A stretch of 64,000 bases of DNA from Chitinophaga pinensis (GTDB lineage: Bacteria > Bacteroidota > Bacteroidia > NS11-12g > UBA9320). Below, in pieces: positions 61,372-64,000 of this stretch (its first letter is position 1; each line of letters begins with the position of its first letter). Below the pieces are notes generated by a model. It was not told where the DNA came from and searched no databases. It saw only the letters and a list, made by a program, of their open reading frames with translations. The stretch lies in contig CAMDGU010000008.1 of NCBI GenBank assembly GCA_945897885.1, positions 817 through 64,816 of the forward strand, given 5' to 3'. The position numbers and the translations under genes are program-made.

Positions 61372-62163
61372 GTGGTGTTGGGTTGTTTAAGTTGCTCTTT
61401 ATTTTTTTTAGAACCAAATCCATTTGCGGGGAATAAAAATGACTTTTTACTTATTTTAATGAGTATAGTTTGGAGCATTTATACCGCTGATCATATTTTG
61501 GATGGTTACAAATCTCGCGGCCAATCAGGAATTTTTAGGTATGATTATCATTATACTTATCGTCGCAGCTTAAGTCTTATTTTGGTTTCGGTTGCTGTTT
61601 TTGCATTGGTGCTTATTTATAAAAACAGAAATTCAGTATTTGTTGCTAATGGTATGTGGCTTGCACCGGTTTTACCCTTTTACTTTTTTTTAAAAATGAA
61701 GGGAAAATTAAAACCCTTGGTAAAAATGGTTATCATTTCAATCGTTTTTTCTGCTGCAGTGGTTTCTCTTTATGCCAGTTCTTCTTTATACTCTGATTTT
61801 TTTTCATTGGAACGTTTGATAGTTTCGATAATAGCCTTTATAAATCTTTTGGTGTTGGAACACTTTGAATTTCATGAGGAACAAAAGCCGCTGCAACCGG
61901 AATCAAAAGACTTATACTTAAACTTGGCCAATAGAATGTTCATTTGGACTTTACTTTTACTGGTTTTAACTACATTTCAAAATATGGCAGCGTGGCCTTT
62001 TACTTATTCTTTGCTATTGGTTGCTTTGTTTTTAAGACTGATTTTGAGATTTCAAAAATGGTTTGGAGTAAACCTAAGATACCGTTACTGGGCAGATTTT
62101 AGTTTGGTACTTGCCTGGCCGTTTCTTAAACTTTTACTTTATATACAATCGCTTTGTCTTTAA
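61372..62163 (+). CDS. Hypothetical multi-TM protein (UbiA-like prenyltransferase fold possible)
   Basis: WSIYTADHILD motif and ~8 TM helices; start uncertain. Confidence 0.55.
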   Translation: MVLGCLSCSLFFLEPNPFAGNKNDFLLILMSIVWSIYTADHILDGYKSRGQSGIFRYDYHYTYRRSLSLILVSVAVFALVLIYKNRNSVFVANGMWLAPVLPFYFFLKMKGKLKPLVKMVIISIVFSAAVVSLYASSSLYSDFFSLERLIVSIIAFINLLVLEHFEFHEEQKPLQPESKDLYLNLANRMFIWTLLLLVLTTFQNMAAWPFTYSLLLVALFLRLILRFQKWFGVNLRYRYWADFSLVLAWPFLKLLLYIQSLCL

Positions 62164-62170
62164 GTAATAA

Positions 62171-62737
62171 TTACAAATTCATGCCTTTTTTATAACACGA
62201 TTTACAACGCGGCTCATACATATCATTTTCCCCAATCTCGATAAGAGTTTCCGAGTTGCTTTTTTTAAAGGTATAAAAAGCTTGGTTGCCACATTTTGCG
62301 CATGAAGCGTGCAATAGGGTAATAGCGTTTGAAATTGCCATTAATCCGGGCATTGGCCCAAAGGGATTATTGTTAAAATCGTTGTTCAATCCGGTAAGTA
62401 TTACTCTTAAATTTTTTGATGCTAAATGGCGACAAACATCTACTATTTCATTATCAAAAAATTGGGCTTCATCAATGCCAACAATCTCTATATTGGTAAT
62501 ATGGTTTAAAATTTCTTTTGAATGGCTAATTACTTTACTCTCAATAGCCGTTCCATTATGCGACACAATAAATTCAGGATGATATCTTTTATCAATTTCA
62601 GGTTTAAACAATAAGGTTTTAAAACCATTAGATGCTGATTTATTTATCCGTTTGATGAGTTCTTCGGTTTTCCCGCTGAACATGCAACCGGTAATTATTT
62701 CTATTAAGTCATGTTTTAAAGACAGTTTTAACCCCAT
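62171..62737 (-). CDS. tdk: Thymidine kinase
   Basis: GCMFSGKTEELI, GIDEAQFF, CAKCG, YEPRCKSC. Confidence 0.95.
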   Translation of the reverse strand: MGLKLSLKHDLIEIITGCMFSGKTEELIKRINKSASNGFKTLLFKPEIDKRYHPEFIVSHNGTAIESKVISHSKEILNHITNIEIVGIDEAQFFDNEIVDVCRHLASKNLRVILTGLNNDFNNNPFGPMPGLMAISNAITLLHASCAKCGNQAFYTFKKSNSETLIEIGENDMYEPRCKSCYKKGMNL

Positions 62738-62825
62738 TTTTAGTAACGTTTATAAAAATATTAGGAGCGAAAGATACAAAGCAATTAACTTTGGTCGTTT
62801 AAAAAAAATAATCACCAGCTTAAGT

Positions 62826-63674
62826 ATGAAACGAAAAGTATTGCATAGCCAAATTGAGGTATTATTGGAAAAATTGGCTGCAAATAATAAAAATTTATCA
62901 GGTCATGAGGGTAAGTTTTCTCAATTAGAAACAGATCTTTTACGCAAGCAATGTATTGAATTGTATGATGCTATTAATCAATTGCACATGGAAAATATGA
63001 TGAGCAGTGGAGATAGGCAAGTGATTGTGGAGCCGGCAGTTTCTCCGATTATTGAACCTGAACCTTTTATAGAACCTCCTGTAAAGGATAATATTTTACC
63101 CACAATTGAAATTGAAGAGGAAGCCGAAATTCCTGAATTGGAGGCCATAGCTAAATCTGAGCCAGAGCCATTTTTTGAAAAAATTATGCCTGAGCCTGAA
63201 TTAGTAATTGAAAAGCCGGAAGTTTTGGAAGTGCCTATAAAAACTAACCCTTCTAAATTTGATGCCCCAAAATTTGAGCCTATAGCCGATAAACCTATTA
63301 AACCGGCACCTCAAAAATTGATTACTGAAGAAAAAAGTGTGTTGGATAGAATAAGTGAAACATCCACCAATACATCACTTCACGAAACAATTTCATCAAA
63401 AAAAGAGGAAAATGAGCTATCGCATCGGTTTGCAAATTCTAAAATTGAAAAAATTAAAGATGCCATAGATATTAGTAAGCGATTTGAGTTGCAATCCAAT
63501 TTATTTGGAGGAGATTCACATGCGTATAATATTTCGATAAGTGAATTGGAGAGTGCAGAAGGCAAAGAGGTGTGTTTAGAATTATTTAATCGTTTTGCAA
63601 CGCGTTATCATTGGAACCCGGATAATGAACTTGCCATGGAACTTAAAAGTTTTGTTTACAGAAAATATCACTAG
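62826..63674 (+). CDS. Conserved Bacteroidota hypothetical protein with Pro/Glu-rich linker
   Basis: C-terminal IKDAI.IS.RF.LQSNLFGGD...Y pattern; TAACTTTG promoter at 62786-62793. Confidence 0.7.
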   Translation: MKRKVLHSQIEVLLEKLAANNKNLSGHEGKFSQLETDLLRKQCIELYDAINQLHMENMMSSGDRQVIVEPAVSPIIEPEPFIEPPVKDNILPTIEIEEEAEIPELEAIAKSEPEPFFEKIMPEPELVIEKPEVLEVPIKTNPSKFDAPKFEPIADKPIKPAPQKLITEEKSVLDRISETSTNTSLHETISSKKEENELSHRFANSKIEKIKDAIDISKRFELQSNLFGGDSHAYNISISELESAEGKEVCLELFNRFATRYHWNPDNELAMELKSFVYRKYH

Positions 63675-63744
63675 GATTCACTCGAAGTCAACTGCTTTTT
63701 TATTTAAAATTTTAATACGACTTTAGCATTTCTAATGCCGAGTA

Positions 63745-64000
63745 ATGTCAGTATTAAAGCAAATGCCTTTTGTTAAACTTATTATTCCATTTGTTTTTGG
63801 AATTTCTTTGGTTACAGCTGTTCCTCAAGTTGGTGCTTATGCATTATTGCCTTTAATTTTAGTTATAGTTTTATATTTTATTTTTTCACTTTATCGCACT
63901 AGTATCCTTGCAAAACGGTTCGCAGGCCTAAGTATTCTATTGGTGTTTTTATGTTTTGGAAGTTGGCTTTCACATAATAAAGATCCAAAAAACCAAAAAC
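63745..64000 (+). CDS. ComEC/Rec2 competence protein N-terminus (3'-truncated by window edge)
   Basis: MSVLKQMPFVKLIIPFVFGI followed by TM helices; frame open to the window end. Confidence 0.55.
   Translation, partial: MSVLKQMPFVKLIIPFVFGISLVTAVPQVGAYALLPLILVIVLYFIFSLYRTSILAKRFAGLSILLVFLCFGSWLSHNKDPKNQK

Noticed and set aside
4124-63565. Many 60-135 aa ORFs antisense to or nested in long genes (e.g. 4124-4444, 17466-17870, 44051-44437, 51378-51731)
   Set aside because: Shadow ORFs of well-supported genes, with no independent coding signal
1-64000. Genome-wide TAG reassignment (alternative genetic code)
   Set aside because: TAG ends genes at expected C-termini (FISUMP, plsX, ptrB, amidohydrolase 24171, ORF 63674), and housekeeping genes contain no internal TAG
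926-64000. DGR template repeat or reverse transcriptase inside the window
   Set aside because: No second copy of the FISUMP 3' end and no RT motif was seen

Overview
AT-rich Bacteroidota chromosomal segment. The assignment rests on TAnnTTTG promoters, many T9SS cargo proteins, the DUF6089-uppS-bamA and yceD-rpmF-plsX-fabH clusters, purQ, ssb, ptrB, tdk and a fused branched-chain 2-oxoacid dehydrogenase E1. No rRNA, tRNA or CRISPR array was seen. Small accessory and decayed elements sit among the housekeeping genes: (1) a FISUMP gene whose 3' end looks like a DGR variable repeat, followed by a hairpin and a MutS-like DGR accessory fragment fused to a TlpA thioredoxin; (2) a GxxExxY (PD-(D/E)xK-like) gene bracketed by two ~58-bp palindromic direct repeats; (3) several REP-like palindrome families, a RAYT-like remnant and an IS4 remnant; (4) two long genes each broken by one in-frame TAG; (5) a structured leader with alternative pairings before a T9SS subtilase island; (6) an ECF sigma / anti-sigma-like protein with a T9SS type-B tail / giant PKD protein operon; (7) a ~50-nt leader shared by purQ and ptrB; (8) two insertions flanked by duplicated gene ends. 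All family assignments come from motif recognition by eye, not database searches.
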